Assembly: GCA_964462205.1 (NCBI GenBank)
Contig: CAYWWW010000001.1
Span: forward strand, 11,443 to 75,442
Source: an uncultured Cardiobacteriales bacterium
GTDB lineage: Bacteria > Pseudomonadota > Gammaproteobacteria > CAYWWW01
Direction of reading: 5' to 3'
Length of the DNA: 64,000 nt
Shown here: in pieces, positions 29,720-39,543 of the stretch
Layout of the letters: each line of letters opens with the position of its first letter
How positions within the stretch are numbered: the first letter of the stretch is position 1
Notes under the pieces: generated by a model
What the model was told of the DNA's origin: nothing
The model's input: the letters and a program-made list of their open reading frames with translations, nothing else
Database searches by the model: none
Program-made: the position numbers and the translations under genes

Positions 29720-30421
29720 ATGCCGTTAGCACGTTTACATTTTCGAGATTTTTCCTTGACCTATTACCAAAGGCGTAGTCAAACGTCCTCCTTGTCCGAG
29801 GCACCTCTGGCGGGCGTGCAACAGGCAGCAGCCCCCGTTTCGGCAGTGGATTGGCCGGGGTTACAGCAGCGGGTCAGCAGTTGTCAGCGCTGTGCTTTAG
29901 CGCCAACGCGCACGCAAACGGTGTTCGGTCGCGGCAACCCGCAAGCGCCGTGGTTATTCATCGGCGAGGCGCCGGGCGAGGAGGAGGATAAACAGGGTTT
30001 GCCTTTTGTTGGCCGCGCTGGGCAGTTATTGATGGCGATGTTATTTGCCGCTGAACTCGAAGAAAATCAATGGTATATTGCCAATGTCGTCAAATGCCGT
30101 CCGCCAAATAATCGCAATCCGTACCAAGAAGAAATCACCGCCTGTTTGCCGTATCTCGCTCAGCAGATTTTGGCCATTCAGCCGAAAATAATCGTCCTGT
30201 TAGGCAAAGTCGCCGCGCAAGCTGTGTTACAAGAAACGCTGCCTTTGAAAACCTTGCGTGGGAAAACTTTTTATTATCAATCTATTCCGACGATCGTTAC
30301 CTATCATCCGGCCTATTTACTGCGTAATCCGAGCGACAAGTCCTTGGCTTGGCAGGATTTACAACGCGCTCGCGCCCTGTTTGCGACTTTTGACCAAAAC
30401 TTGCCGACTGTGGCAGAGTAA
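29720..30421 (+). CDS. uracil-DNA glycosylase, family 4
   Basis: 233 aa. C..C in SSCQRCAL, plus [23 protein letters not shown] and the HPAYLLRNP motif. Confidence 0.88.
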   Translation: MPLARLHFRDFSLTYYQRRSQTSSLSEAPLAGVQQAAAPVSAVDWPGLQQRVSSCQRCALAPTRTQTVFGRGNPQAPWLFIGEAPGEEEDKQGLPFVGRAGQLLMAMLFAAELEENQWYIANVVKCRPPNNRNPYQEEITACLPYLAQQILAIQPKIIVLLGKVAAQAVLQETLPLKTLRGKTFYYQSIPTIVTYHPAYLLRNPSDKSLAWQDLQRARALFATFDQNLPTVAE

Positions 30422-30466
30422 CAGGCTTTTCCGCATCGTATTCTCCATTTTATCAATTAAAACAGG

Positions 30467-30946
30467 TTGTTTTGCATGTCTGCTTTGGGCACACCTTTGC
30501 CTTTGACTTTTCGCGCCATGGAAAAAAAAGACCTGAAGGCGGTTTTGTTCATTGAAAGTCAGTCATATAGCAATCCGTGGAGCAAAGGCATTTTTGAAGA
30601 CTGTCTGCACAGCCATTACACCTGTACGGTGGCGGTGCAAGCGGCGGCAGTGGTGGGCTATTTGATTTTATCGGTGGTATTGGATGAGGCACATTTTTTG
30701 AATGTCTGTGTGCATCCTGAAAAGCGTCGGCAAGGTATTGCGCGGGCATTGATGCAGGAGCATATCAAAAGGTTGCGGCAGCAGGCGGTAGCTATGGCCT
30801 ATCTTGAGGTGCGCAAAAGCAATTTGGGTGCCCAAGATTTATATCAGGCTTTAGGTTTTTATCAGATCGGTTTGCGTCGCGGCTATTATCCCGCCGCTGG
30901 TGGACGGGAAGATGCGGTGGTCATGGGCATGTTTTTGAAAAGCTGA
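30467..30946 (+). CDS. rimI: ribosomal-protein-alanine N-acetyltransferase
   Basis: 159 aa. GNAT fold with RRQGIARALM and the RimI-like N-terminus ...IESQSYSNPWS. Confidence 0.8.
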   Translation: MFCMSALGTPLPLTFRAMEKKDLKAVLFIESQSYSNPWSKGIFEDCLHSHYTCTVAVQAAAVVGYLILSVVLDEAHFLNVCVHPEKRRQGIARALMQEHIKRLRQQAVAMAYLEVRKSNLGAQDLYQALGFYQIGLRRGYYPAAGGREDAVVMGMFLKS

Positions 30947-31054
30947 AGAAAAAGTTAAGCATTCCAATGTGCTCACTTCGACTCACCGCCAAGTGCGCGT
31001 AGCCTGGCGGCAGCGCCTTGGCGATAATTAGATAAGTTCTTGGCTGTGAATGAC

Positions 31055-33172
31055 TTAAAAACCCGTGGCGTTAAAGTCAAAGTCTGTTTTTTCACTGGGT
31101 GCTTGCAAAAAGAAACCTTCAACATAGTTGGCATTGGCCATCCACACCAAAGATAAGATATCGGCATTTTCAATACAAGGCACCAAAACCTCTTTGGCTA
31201 AACCATGGGCATTGTCAATGATATTAGTCAAAAGCTCTTGACTTTCTTTATTTTTGTTTAAGGATTTAACAATATTGCAATCCACCTTCAAAAGCGCCGC
31301 TTCATCCAGATGCTTTAACGTTTGAAAAGAGTTTACCCCGGAACCAAAATCATCAATGATCACCGGACAACGCAACTGTTGTAAGGTCTTTAATAATACC
31401 TTGGCTTCATTGATATGCAGAACCGCGCTACTTTCTTTAATTTCAAAGCACAAGGCGTTGTTTGGCAGTCTTGCATTTTTAATTTTATCCACCAGCCATG
31501 GTAAAAAACTTTGTGATCGCATGGAGGAAATAGAAATTTTAATAAAGAACACCAAGGCTTTGTTTTTTTGATGACTGGCTTTGAGATAATTGATGGCATT
31601 TTCAATCACCCATTGATCCACTTCTTTCATCACGCCTAAGCGTTCGGCAGCTTCAATAAATTGTTTTGCTTCCAAGACCTTGCCATCACTTTCTTTTAAG
31701 CGCGACAAGACTTCGTAGCGGGAGAGATTTTCGCCATTGATGGTGACAACGGGTTGAAAAAATAAGGTCATGCGATTTTCTTTGATGGCGCTTTGAATTT
31801 TCGTCACCCAGATCTTATCTTGTTCGCGTTGCGTCATTTCGCCTTCTTTGGGACGATACAAGACTTTTTGATTGCCACGTTTAGCGGCATCAGTGGCAGC
31901 ATTGAGTGCCCGTTCAATCACTTCGTTAAATTCTGGTGAGGTTTCATCAATCCGCGTCATCCCAATGTGCGCGGTGACAATGACCGATTTCCCGCCAACA
32001 TTACAAACATGGCCGGCGATTTCTTTAAGCATATTATCCGCCAGGTCTTCGCTGCGGATTTGGCTGTCTTGCCGAAAAGCAATCACTGTAAAAACATCGT
32101 CTTCAAAGCGGGCAGCGATGTTTTTCGGGTGCGCCGCTTCGCTTAAACTTTTGATGATTTTGGCGGTGTCGCGGATGATAATATCGCTATCACCAATACC
32201 GACCGATTTGCGAACGCTGTCAAATTTATCAATGCCGATATAAAGCAAATAGGCCGAGAGTTTGCCGTTGCTGGCATCATGGACGGTTTCTTTGAGCTTG
32301 GTATTAAAAAAGCTGCGGTTGTAAAGGTCAGTGGCAATATCACGTTGGCTTAAATAATCCAGTTGTTCTTGGAGCGCACTGGCATCATTTTTTTCGCTGA
32401 CAATCAACTGCGTACTTTCTTCATTATCAAAAATCGTGTTGGTAAACTTGATGTTGGCTTCAAAAGTTTGACCAGAGCCTTTGCGTAACTCAGTTTCCAA
32501 CACTTCTTCGCGTACCGAACGGGTTTTGGATAATTTTCGCAAAAATTGCTTAAACTTTTCTTGTTTTTCGCGTTTTACCAAATTCAAAAAAGGTAAACCT
32601 TGCAATTCTTCCAAAAGGTTATAGCCAAACATATCCATGTAAGTTTTATTGGCATAAATATGTGCGCCTTCATGGACATAGGCAATGGCATCGCGAGACG
32701 TATCCATCAGTTGTCGGCTGAATTTTTGAATTTCATTGAGGTTGCTTTGGGTTTGTTTGAGTTTGCGCCAATTACGGCCAACTTCTAACTCCCGACGAAA
32801 GACCAAACGAATTTTTTCACTCTGATGCCTTAATAAAACATCCCGCACGCCTAAGTCTAAGGCATTGATGATCTGTTCTTCTTTGCTTTGTGTAGTTAAG
32901 CCAATGATGGGTAAAAATTTTCCGCTATCTTTCAAAAATTCTATAAAGGCATATAAACTGATATGCTGTTGGTCTAAAGAAAAAAGACAAATCTCCGGTA
33001 AATCTTCTACCTCGCCTTCTTCAAAAAGGCTTTTTAAGCCATCTATGCTATTGATATAATGGCCATGTGGCGCAAAACCGGAGCGTCGCAATAAGGCAAC
33101 TAGGTTTTCCGCATCGTTTTCCGTTTGTTCTATCGTTAATAAATTCACCCGCGCTTGGTTTTCGTCTAACAC
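31055..33172 (-). CDS. FimX-like REC-PAS-GGDEF(degenerate)-EAL(degenerate) c-di-GMP signalling protein
   Basis: 705 aa with an N-terminal receiver-like domain and a PAS domain (SRDAIAYVHEGAHIYANKTYMDMFGY). The GGDEF position reads EDDVF and the EAL signature reads EVL. DDFGSG is retained, but ELTE and EGVE are replaced by FEIKES and PCIEN. Confidence 0.75.
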   Translation of the reverse strand: MLDENQARVNLLTIEQTENDAENLVALLRRSGFAPHGHYINSIDGLKSLFEEGEVEDLPEICLFSLDQQHISLYAFIEFLKDSGKFLPIIGLTTQSKEEQIINALDLGVRDVLLRHQSEKIRLVFRRELEVGRNWRKLKQTQSNLNEIQKFSRQLMDTSRDAIAYVHEGAHIYANKTYMDMFGYNLLEELQGLPFLNLVKREKQEKFKQFLRKLSKTRSVREEVLETELRKGSGQTFEANIKFTNTIFDNEESTQLIVSEKNDASALQEQLDYLSQRDIATDLYNRSFFNTKLKETVHDASNGKLSAYLLYIGIDKFDSVRKSVGIGDSDIIIRDTAKIIKSLSEAAHPKNIAARFEDDVFTVIAFRQDSQIRSEDLADNMLKEIAGHVCNVGGKSVIVTAHIGMTRIDETSPEFNEVIERALNAATDAAKRGNQKVLYRPKEGEMTQREQDKIWVTKIQSAIKENRMTLFFQPVVTINGENLSRYEVLSRLKESDGKVLEAKQFIEAAERLGVMKEVDQWVIENAINYLKASHQKNKALVFFIKISISSMRSQSFLPWLVDKIKNARLPNNALCFEIKESSAVLHINEAKVLLKTLQQLRCPVIIDDFGSGVNSFQTLKHLDEAALLKVDCNIVKSLNKNKESQELLTNIIDNAHGLAKEVLVPCIENADILSLVWMANANYVEGFFLQAPSEKTDFDFNATGF

Positions 33173-33222
33173 AACAAAGCCTCCTCCATATAGCTTAAAA
33201 TTTTATAGAAAACGATAGTAAA

Positions 33223-34956
33223 CTAGAGCGATCCCCAATGGCGGATGCCTTTATCTTCTTGATTTTGATGATTTTCGCCAGAACTTCTCTCGTCGGCATC
33301 GGAATGCCCTGACAATTGCGACAAGATGACCTTAAAGCGAAAAATGGTATAAGTGGCGGTGTAACTGATGATGCGTGAAAGCTCAATTTTTTCTTTTTTA
33401 TAGTTAAAATTAACCTCTATCGTCTCACCAATTTTATAGATATAGGTCGGCACGACAATCCGTTCGGGTAAGTTTAACTGGCTGTCACTCATCATAAAAA
33501 TACCCAGGGTGAGCGCATGTTCATTCAAACGGCGCAAGGTGACAGGGATCATCCGGTCGCCAATGTATTCAATGCCGATTTCCAGGCGATTGCGGACAAA
33601 CTGCATCCGCCGGATCACCCCCATCCGCCATTTGGAGTCTTTTTGGTTGAATTTCAATGCTGTCGGTTTGCCGATACGGGCATCAATGATTTCAGGACTA
33701 CTCCAGCGCAATAAACAACCGTTTTCGCTGATATTTAAGACATCCCATTGTTGGAAGTGTTTTTCGGCATAGCGCGCAATATCCATAAAGGCTTTTAAGT
33801 TTTCCGCCACATATTTCTTTTCGTTGGCGATTTGATAGGCTTCGTTGATTTGCGTACTTTCCGAAAAACCAAAGTTATCTTTGCGTTGCGGCAGTTCTTT
33901 GTCTTCCACTTCTTCTATGCGTCCGGCGTAGGCGTGATGTTGCTGTAAATCTTGTAAGCCATAAAAAATATGCTCGATGCCCAAAGCCACCATGGCATTA
34001 ACGCCATCAATTTTATCGCGCCGACTGCGCCTTTTCACCGCCAAGGTCAGATAACTGATGGCTCGCACGGTTAATTCATTGATGTTTAACTTTTTCTCAG
34101 TTTCTTTGCTGGGGTCAGTGAGTTGTTGTTGACTGCCCGCATTATCAAAGCGCAGTTTTTCTAAATGCTGGATCAACGGCGTTAACAGAAAATAATAGAT
34201 GCTGCGGCCGCGTTCGAGGCTGGTTTGTTGCGGCGGTTCATCGCTCTGCATTTCCAAAGACAGCACCACTTCCCCAGTATTTCTCGGTGCTTGGTTGCTG
34301 AAATCCGTGTATTCACTCCAGCTTTTGGCGATTTGATATAACTCCTCGACTTGACTGGCATGGAGGCCATAAGGATTGAGCAGAAAGACCAGCAGGGTTC
34401 TTTTGTAGATACTGGCGATGCTTTCGTTATCTTTGAAAGGTTTAAGATTTTGAATATTCAACGCATCGGCATGCAGATAAAGCTGATAAAATTGCTTCCA
34501 GATGCCCGGCCGCGCTTCGCCATAGACTTGCACCATGCGGATAAAATACAGGCTGGTATATTCCACAGCGCGATAAATCACCTGGGCGGCGGCGTTTTTG
34601 GAGAGTTGGCCATTATCATCACTCAAGGCCAAACCATAGCCGCGGGCGATGTCAATCAAAAAACTTTCGGTCATCCGAATGACGGATTCGGTTTTGGGCG
34701 ATAAAGGAAAGACGATATTGTCGTAGTAGCGGCCCAGATTTTCCAAGGCAGCGTTCAAAACCGGTTGCATGGTTTCTAAAATTTGTAACCGTTTACTTGG
34801 CATGAGGTCGGTGATTTTATTGAAATCTTCCACAGCTTCGCGCAACAGACGGGTTGAATCGCCGATGCTGCCGGAAGGAAGTTCGGCAAGCCAGCGTTTG
34901 GTGGCTTGTGGGTTGCGCAAGTGCGCATCGGGACCTGTATTATTCTGAAAAAACAT
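33223..34956 (-). CDS. large PilZ-like domain protein (putative c-di-GMP receptor)
   Basis: 577 aa. The C-terminal region has NISENGCLL (the D/NxSxxG PilZ motif) and an upstream RRSRR (RxxxR-like). The N-terminal ~400 aa are unassigned. Confidence 0.5.
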   Translation of the reverse strand: MFFQNNTGPDAHLRNPQATKRWLAELPSGSIGDSTRLLREAVEDFNKITDLMPSKRLQILETMQPVLNAALENLGRYYDNIVFPLSPKTESVIRMTESFLIDIARGYGLALSDDNGQLSKNAAAQVIYRAVEYTSLYFIRMVQVYGEARPGIWKQFYQLYLHADALNIQNLKPFKDNESIASIYKRTLLVFLLNPYGLHASQVEELYQIAKSWSEYTDFSNQAPRNTGEVVLSLEMQSDEPPQQTSLERGRSIYYFLLTPLIQHLEKLRFDNAGSQQQLTDPSKETEKKLNINELTVRAISYLTLAVKRRSRRDKIDGVNAMVALGIEHIFYGLQDLQQHHAYAGRIEEVEDKELPQRKDNFGFSESTQINEAYQIANEKKYVAENLKAFMDIARYAEKHFQQWDVLNISENGCLLRWSSPEIIDARIGKPTALKFNQKDSKWRMGVIRRMQFVRNRLEIGIEYIGDRMIPVTLRRLNEHALTLGIFMMSDSQLNLPERIVVPTYIYKIGETIEVNFNYKKEKIELSRIISYTATYTIFRFKVILSQLSGHSDADERSSGENHQNQEDKGIRHWGSL

Positions 34957-34957
34957 T

Positions 34958-36004
34958 TCACACCTCTACAATCAAAGTTTTACTCATTTCACCAGGAATT
35001 TCTTCCACATAGCGCGGAACCAGATAGCCTGGTAGCCGTTTTTGTAAGCCTTGCCATAAACAGTATCCTGATTTTTTATCTAACCAGAAAGGCATAGCGG
35101 CGGCGACTTTATCCAAATGGTGTAGATAATACGGTAATACATTATAGCGAAAAAGTTTTTTGCTTAACGTCGTGAGAATTTCAACATCGTCGTTGATACC
35201 GCGCAGCAAGACGCTTTGATTCAAAACTTGCGCCACTGGCCGCAGTTGTTGCAATTTTTTCCCTGTAAAATCATCAATTTCTTGCGGATGATTGCAATGC
35301 ACCACCAAGACCACCGGCCAGGGTAAGCCGCTAAGCCAAGCAAAAAAAGCGCTATTGAGGCGTTCGGGATTGACGATAGGCTCGCGACTATGAATGCGAA
35401 GAATCTCAATGCTCTTAATGGTTTGCAAAGCATCGGTCAATTGTTTTAAGCGTGAATTGCTTAAGGTTAAGGGGTCACCACCGCTTAAAATCACCTCGCG
35501 TGGCTGACGGGATTGCAATGCCGCCAAAATTTCCGGCCAATGTCGGTGTAATGGTTGCGCACGGTAGGGATAATGTTGCCGGAAACAATAGCGGCAGTGA
35601 ATCGAGCAGTTGCCAGTGGTCAGCAAAAGCAGGCGGTCGGCGTATTTTTGCAATAGGCTATTTTCGCCTTGCTGTTGTTCCTGTAATGGGTCTTGGCTAA
35701 AACTTTGGTAAAAAGAAACCGTGGCTAAGGTTTCTGGCTGTGCTTTCAGTGGTAGAATTTGCCAGAGCAGCGGGTCTTTGGCGTTTCTCGGCTGCATTTT
35801 TTCCACAAAAGACCGTGGCAGGCGCAGGGGAAAAGCCGGATTTTCATCTAAAATAAAACCTGGTGGTGCCTGGATAGCAAGTGCTTCGCGGGTCAGCAGT
35901 AAGATGTCTAACAACTGATTCAAATTATTGATTATATTAGATTTTTCTTGAGAGATTATAAAAGCATCCGCCACATCTGGCGTAGGGGGGGAGTTGGTAA
36001 TCAT
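34958..36004 (-). CDS. epmB: EF-P beta-lysylation protein, lysine 2,3-aminomutase-like radical SAM enzyme
   Basis: ORF trimmed to the ATG at 36004. Radical SAM motif CSIHCRYCFR. Divergent from efp. Confidence 0.88.
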   Translation of the reverse strand: MITNSPPTPDVADAFIISQEKSNIINNLNQLLDILLLTREALAIQAPPGFILDENPAFPLRLPRSFVEKMQPRNAKDPLLWQILPLKAQPETLATVSFYQSFSQDPLQEQQQGENSLLQKYADRLLLLTTGNCSIHCRYCFRQHYPYRAQPLHRHWPEILAALQSRQPREVILSGGDPLTLSNSRLKQLTDALQTIKSIEILRIHSREPIVNPERLNSAFFAWLSGLPWPVVLVVHCNHPQEIDDFTGKKLQQLRPVAQVLNQSVLLRGINDDVEILTTLSKKLFRYNVLPYYLHHLDKVAAAMPFWLDKKSGYCLWQGLQKRLPGYLVPRYVEEIPGEMSKTLIVEV

Positions 36005-36056
36005 CAGGCTTTCCGTTATTATCCGCCGCAATTTTTTTTAAGGTATCAGTAAATTT

Positions 36057-36626
36057 ATGTCTAGTTTTAGCACAAACGAGTTTAAAAGCGGCTTAAAAAT
36101 TATGCTCGATGGCGACCCTTACACCATCGTTGAGAACGAATTTGTCAAACCTGGCAAAGGCCAAGCCTTCAATCGGGTGCGGGTGCGGAACTTAAAGAGC
36201 GGTCGGGTGATTGAGCGCACTTTTAAGTCCGGCGATACGGTGGAAGCGGCGGATATTGTTGAGCAATCCATGCAGTATTTGTATAGCGACGGTGAATTTT
36301 GGCATTTCATGAGTCTTGAAACGTCAGAACAGTATGCCGCTGGCGGTGCTGCTGTGGAAGAGGCAAAAATCTGGCTTAAAGAAAATGATACCTGTCAGGT
36401 GATGCTCTGGAATGATAATCCGCTCAATGTGGTAGCGCCGAATTTTGTCGAATTAAAAATCATTGAAACCGACCCTGGCATCCGCGGCGATACGGCGACC
36501 GGCGGCAGCAAACCGGCACGTCTGGAAACGGGCGCGGTGGTGCGCGTACCGTTGTTTATTGAAGCCGAAGAAGTGATCCGCGTGGATACCCGCTCTGGCG
36601 AGTATATGTCGCGGGTCAGTAAATAA
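36057..36626 (+). CDS. efp: elongation factor P
   Basis: 189 aa with KPGKGQAF, the loop carrying the modified Lys. Confidence 0.95.
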   Translation: MSSFSTNEFKSGLKIMLDGDPYTIVENEFVKPGKGQAFNRVRVRNLKSGRVIERTFKSGDTVEAADIVEQSMQYLYSDGEFWHFMSLETSEQYAAGGAAVEEAKIWLKENDTCQVMLWNDNPLNVVAPNFVELKIIETDPGIRGDTATGGSKPARLETGAVVRVPLFIEAEEVIRVDTRSGEYMSRVSK

Positions 36627-36726
36627 TTTTCTCGCAACGTATTATTTATCATCAATTTTTTCAAATTATTCCCATAATGCCTTGGCATCCGGCTAAGGCA
36701 GCAGTCTCTAAAAAATTCTGAAGCGC

Positions 36727-37755
36727 TTGCTTTGGCCAACATTTTTGTCGCTAACTATTTCTTTTCTCAAAACTTCCGTGCAACTCAGCTTTTCTTCTCA
36801 AACCCTTCAGCAGCGTTTGCAGGCGCGTGCGCAGTTGCTGGAGGCCATGCGCAGTTATTTTCATCAACAGCAGGTGTTGGAGGTGGAAACGCCGTATCTC
36901 AGTGCCTTTGCTACCCCTGACCCGCAACTGGCCAGCGTACCTTGTTACCCTTTTTTTCATGACGGTGCGGCGACCCAAGCGCACACACCCAAGGCAACAA
37001 CCAGGTTTTATTTGCATACCTCACCGGAATACGCCATGAAACGGCTGTTGGCTGCCGGCAGTGGCGATATTTTTCAACTGGCGCGGGTCTTTCGCCAAGG
37101 CGAGGTGGGACGTTTTCATCAGCCGGAATTTACGCTTTTGGAGTGGTATCGCTTGGCTTTTGACTTTGCTGCGATCATTGCCGATACCCTCAATCTTTTG
37201 CGGCATCTCAATGTGCTCTATCCTGTTAATTATTTTGATTATTTTGAGCTTTTTTCCGAAAGCGGTTTAGCGCCGACAGCGACTGCTGCCGCTATTATTG
37301 CTGGCTGTCAGTCGCGTGGCCTCCCCATGCCCGATTCCCTGGGCGAAGACCTCGATGCCTGGCGCGATTTTTGGTTTTCCTCGGTGATTGCGCCGGCCTT
37401 GCCCAAACAGGCGCTGTCGGTGGTGCGCTATTTTCCGGCCTCGCAGGCGGCCTTGGCGGCGTTAGCGCCAAATGGTTGCGCCTATCGCTTTGAAGTTTTT
37501 TATGAACATTTGGAATTGGCCAATGGTTTTGTCGAATTAACCGACCCTTTAGAACAAGCGGCGCGTTTTGCCTGTGAAAATGACCGGCGACGGCAGGCGG
37601 CTTTGCCAGAAATGCCCGTGGATCAGGATTTTTTAACGGCTTTGGCACAATTGCCACCTTGCGCTGGTGTGGCAATCGGCGTGGATCGGCTGGCGTTGCT
37701 TTTGGCCAAAGCAAATAATTTAGCAGAGGTTTTGCCCTTTACTTGGCAAAATTAG
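36727..37755 (+). CDS. epmA: EF-P--(R)-beta-lysine ligase (PoxA/GenX)
   Basis: Class II aaRS-like motifs LEVETPYLS, FRQGEVGRFHQPEFTLLEWY and GVAIGVDRL. The start is uncertain: TTG at 36727, or GTG at 36778. Confidence 0.85.
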   Translation: MLWPTFLSLTISFLKTSVQLSFSSQTLQQRLQARAQLLEAMRSYFHQQQVLEVETPYLSAFATPDPQLASVPCYPFFHDGAATQAHTPKATTRFYLHTSPEYAMKRLLAAGSGDIFQLARVFRQGEVGRFHQPEFTLLEWYRLAFDFAAIIADTLNLLRHLNVLYPVNYFDYFELFSESGLAPTATAAAIIAGCQSRGLPMPDSLGEDLDAWRDFWFSSVIAPALPKQALSVVRYFPASQAALAALAPNGCAYRFEVFYEHLELANGFVELTDPLEQAARFACENDRRRQAALPEMPVDQDFLTALAQLPPCAGVAIGVDRLALLLAKANNLAEVLPFTWQN

Positions 37756-37863
37756 TTTTGGTCTGCGCGTGCAGCTCGGTACCAAAAAGCCAGACGCGAA
37801 AAAGTGGCTACTGGCAAGGCTGGCGAGTGCTTTTTGCGCTGCGCTTGTTTATGATGGTCAGCA

Positions 37864-37882
37864 ATTACGAAGAATTATTATC
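37864..37882. promoter_or_regulatory. weak candidate Fur box upstream of the iron ABC permease
   Basis: ATTACGAAGAATTATTATC matches 12 of 19 positions of GATAATGATAATCATTATC. The 3' half is good. Confidence 0.25.
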
Positions 37883-37917
37883 TTGAGCTTCTGTTTTTGA
37901 CCTAGTGACCCATTGCC

Positions 37918-39531
37918 ATGCGCTTTTCTGCTTTTTTCGTGATCCTTCTGGGCGTGTTGCTACTCTTGCCGGTATTGACCATCGCCGCCTTTGTGTTGGT
38001 GCCAGACTTGGCCTTGTGGACTTTTCTCTGGGAAACCCGTCTGCCGGAGTATTTAAGCAATAGTTTTTGGCTATTGACCGGCGTGACGGTTGGCAGCGTC
38101 AGTCTCGGCGTGGGCTGTGCTTGGGCAGTCAGTGCCTATCGCTTCCCTGGCCAGCGCTGGTTGCAGTGGTTGCTGTTATTACCGATGGCCATTCCTTCCT
38201 ATATTTTGGCCTATACCTACACGGGAATGCTCGATTTTGCTGGGCCGTGGCAAAGCGCCTTTCGCGCCTGGACGGGTTTGGGTTATGGCGAGTATTTTTT
38301 CCCCAATGTGCGCTCGCTTCCGGGTGCTATCGTTATGTTTTCCTTAGTTTTATATCCCTATGTCTATCTTTTTGCGCGCGCGGCCTTTCGCGTGCAGTCG
38401 CCGCGTTTACAAGAGGCGGCCTTGTCGTTGGGCGCACGCGGTTTTCGCCTGTGGTGGCTGCGTTTGTCGGTGGCGCGGCCAGCGATCATCGCTGGTTTGA
38501 CTTTGGTATTGATGGAAACCTTGGCGGATTTTGGCACCGTGGAATACTTTGGCGTGGCGACCTTTACCACTGGCATTTTTCGCACTTGGTTTGGCTTGAA
38601 AGATTGGGCAGCAGCAGCGCAACTGGCGGCTATTTTATTGTTTTTTGTATTTTTGCTGATGTTGATTGAACGCGCTTCCCGCCGACAGGCGCAGTATCAT
38701 CTGCAAGGTCAAGGCGGCGGACGTTTACGGCGACAGCCGCTGACTGGTTTTCACGCTTGGGCATTGACCTTGCTCTGTTTTTTGCCGATTTTTTTGGCAG
38801 TGATTTTACCAGTCAGTCAGTTGTTGCAATGGGCGTGGCTGCATCGGGAGGCACTGTTTTCAAAAGAATTTACTGTATTGTTACGCAACTCTTTGCTATT
38901 GGCCTTGGCCTTGGCGCTGCTGGCCTTGGCTTTGGCTTGGTTTTTGGCCGTGGTGCATCGCCAGCGGACGCATAAACCCTGGTGGTTGAGCTTGGGTTTT
39001 TCGGCCTTGCGCCTAGGTTATGCCTTGCCAGGGACGGTGATTGCCTTTGGCGTATTTATTCCCTTGGCGCTTTTGGAACAACAACTGCCGGAAAGTTTTG
39101 GACTTTTATTCACCGGAACGCTTTTTGCTTTGCTTTTTGCCTACTTAGTGCGGTTTTTGCCGGTGGCGCTGTCCAGTATGGACGAAGGTTTTGCGCAGAT
39201 TACGCCTAATATTGACGCGGCAGCACGCAGTCTTTCGGCATCGGGATGGCGGCTGTGGTGGGAGATTCAGGTGCCGATGTTGCGTTTGAGTATGCTCACG
39301 GCCGTGCTGTTGGTCTTTGTGGATGTTTTGAAAGAATTGCCGGCGACTTTGATTTTGCGACCGTTTAATTTCAACACCTTAGCCGTTCGCGCCTATGAAT
39401 TGGCTTCCGATGAACGTCTGGCCGAAGCGGCGTTACCGGCCTTGGCGATTGTCGGCATTGGGATTCTGCCGGTGGTGTTGTTGATTATGCTTTTGGCACG
39501 CGAAGAAAAAACTAGCCGAGAACAAACCTAG
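37918..39531 (+). CDS. iron(III)-type ABC transporter permease, fused two-domain (FbpB/HitB-like)
   Basis: 537 aa with 12 predicted TM segments in two repeated permease halves, each with an EAA-like loop (LQEAALSLGA, IDAAARSLSA). Confidence 0.8.
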   Translation: MRFSAFFVILLGVLLLLPVLTIAAFVLVPDLALWTFLWETRLPEYLSNSFWLLTGVTVGSVSLGVGCAWAVSAYRFPGQRWLQWLLLLPMAIPSYILAYTYTGMLDFAGPWQSAFRAWTGLGYGEYFFPNVRSLPGAIVMFSLVLYPYVYLFARAAFRVQSPRLQEAALSLGARGFRLWWLRLSVARPAIIAGLTLVLMETLADFGTVEYFGVATFTTGIFRTWFGLKDWAAAAQLAAILLFFVFLLMLIERASRRQAQYHLQGQGGGRLRRQPLTGFHAWALTLLCFLPIFLAVILPVSQLLQWAWLHREALFSKEFTVLLRNSLLLALALALLALALAWFLAVVHRQRTHKPWWLSLGFSALRLGYALPGTVIAFGVFIPLALLEQQLPESFGLLFTGTLFALLFAYLVRFLPVALSSMDEGFAQITPNIDAAARSLSASGWRLWWEIQVPMLRLSMLTAVLLVFVDVLKELPATLILRPFNFNTLAVRAYELASDERLAEAALPALAIVGIGILPVVLLIMLLAREEKTSREQT

Positions 39532-39543
39532 AGAGGAACGCAG

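Noticed and set aside
29581-29778. 65-aa ORF starting right after the strong terminator and overlapping the udg start.
   Set aside because: The region is AT-rich and the product is Lys/Phe/Ile-rich. It begins inside the terminator U-tract. The udg frame is better supported.
30988-31022. Imperfect hairpin GCCAAGTGCGC...GCGCCTTGGC between rimI and the FimX-like gene, considered as a bidirectional terminator.
   Set aside because: The stem has a bulge, and there is no U-tract on either side. Evidence is too weak to annotate.
38067-38669. 200-aa ORF in an alternative + frame within the ABC permease gene. Similar shadow ORFs lie at 38090..38347 and 38757..39209.
   Set aside because: The permease frame gives a coherent 12-TM protein with EAA loops. 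The alternative frames give Cys/Arg/Trp-rich sequences with no start context.
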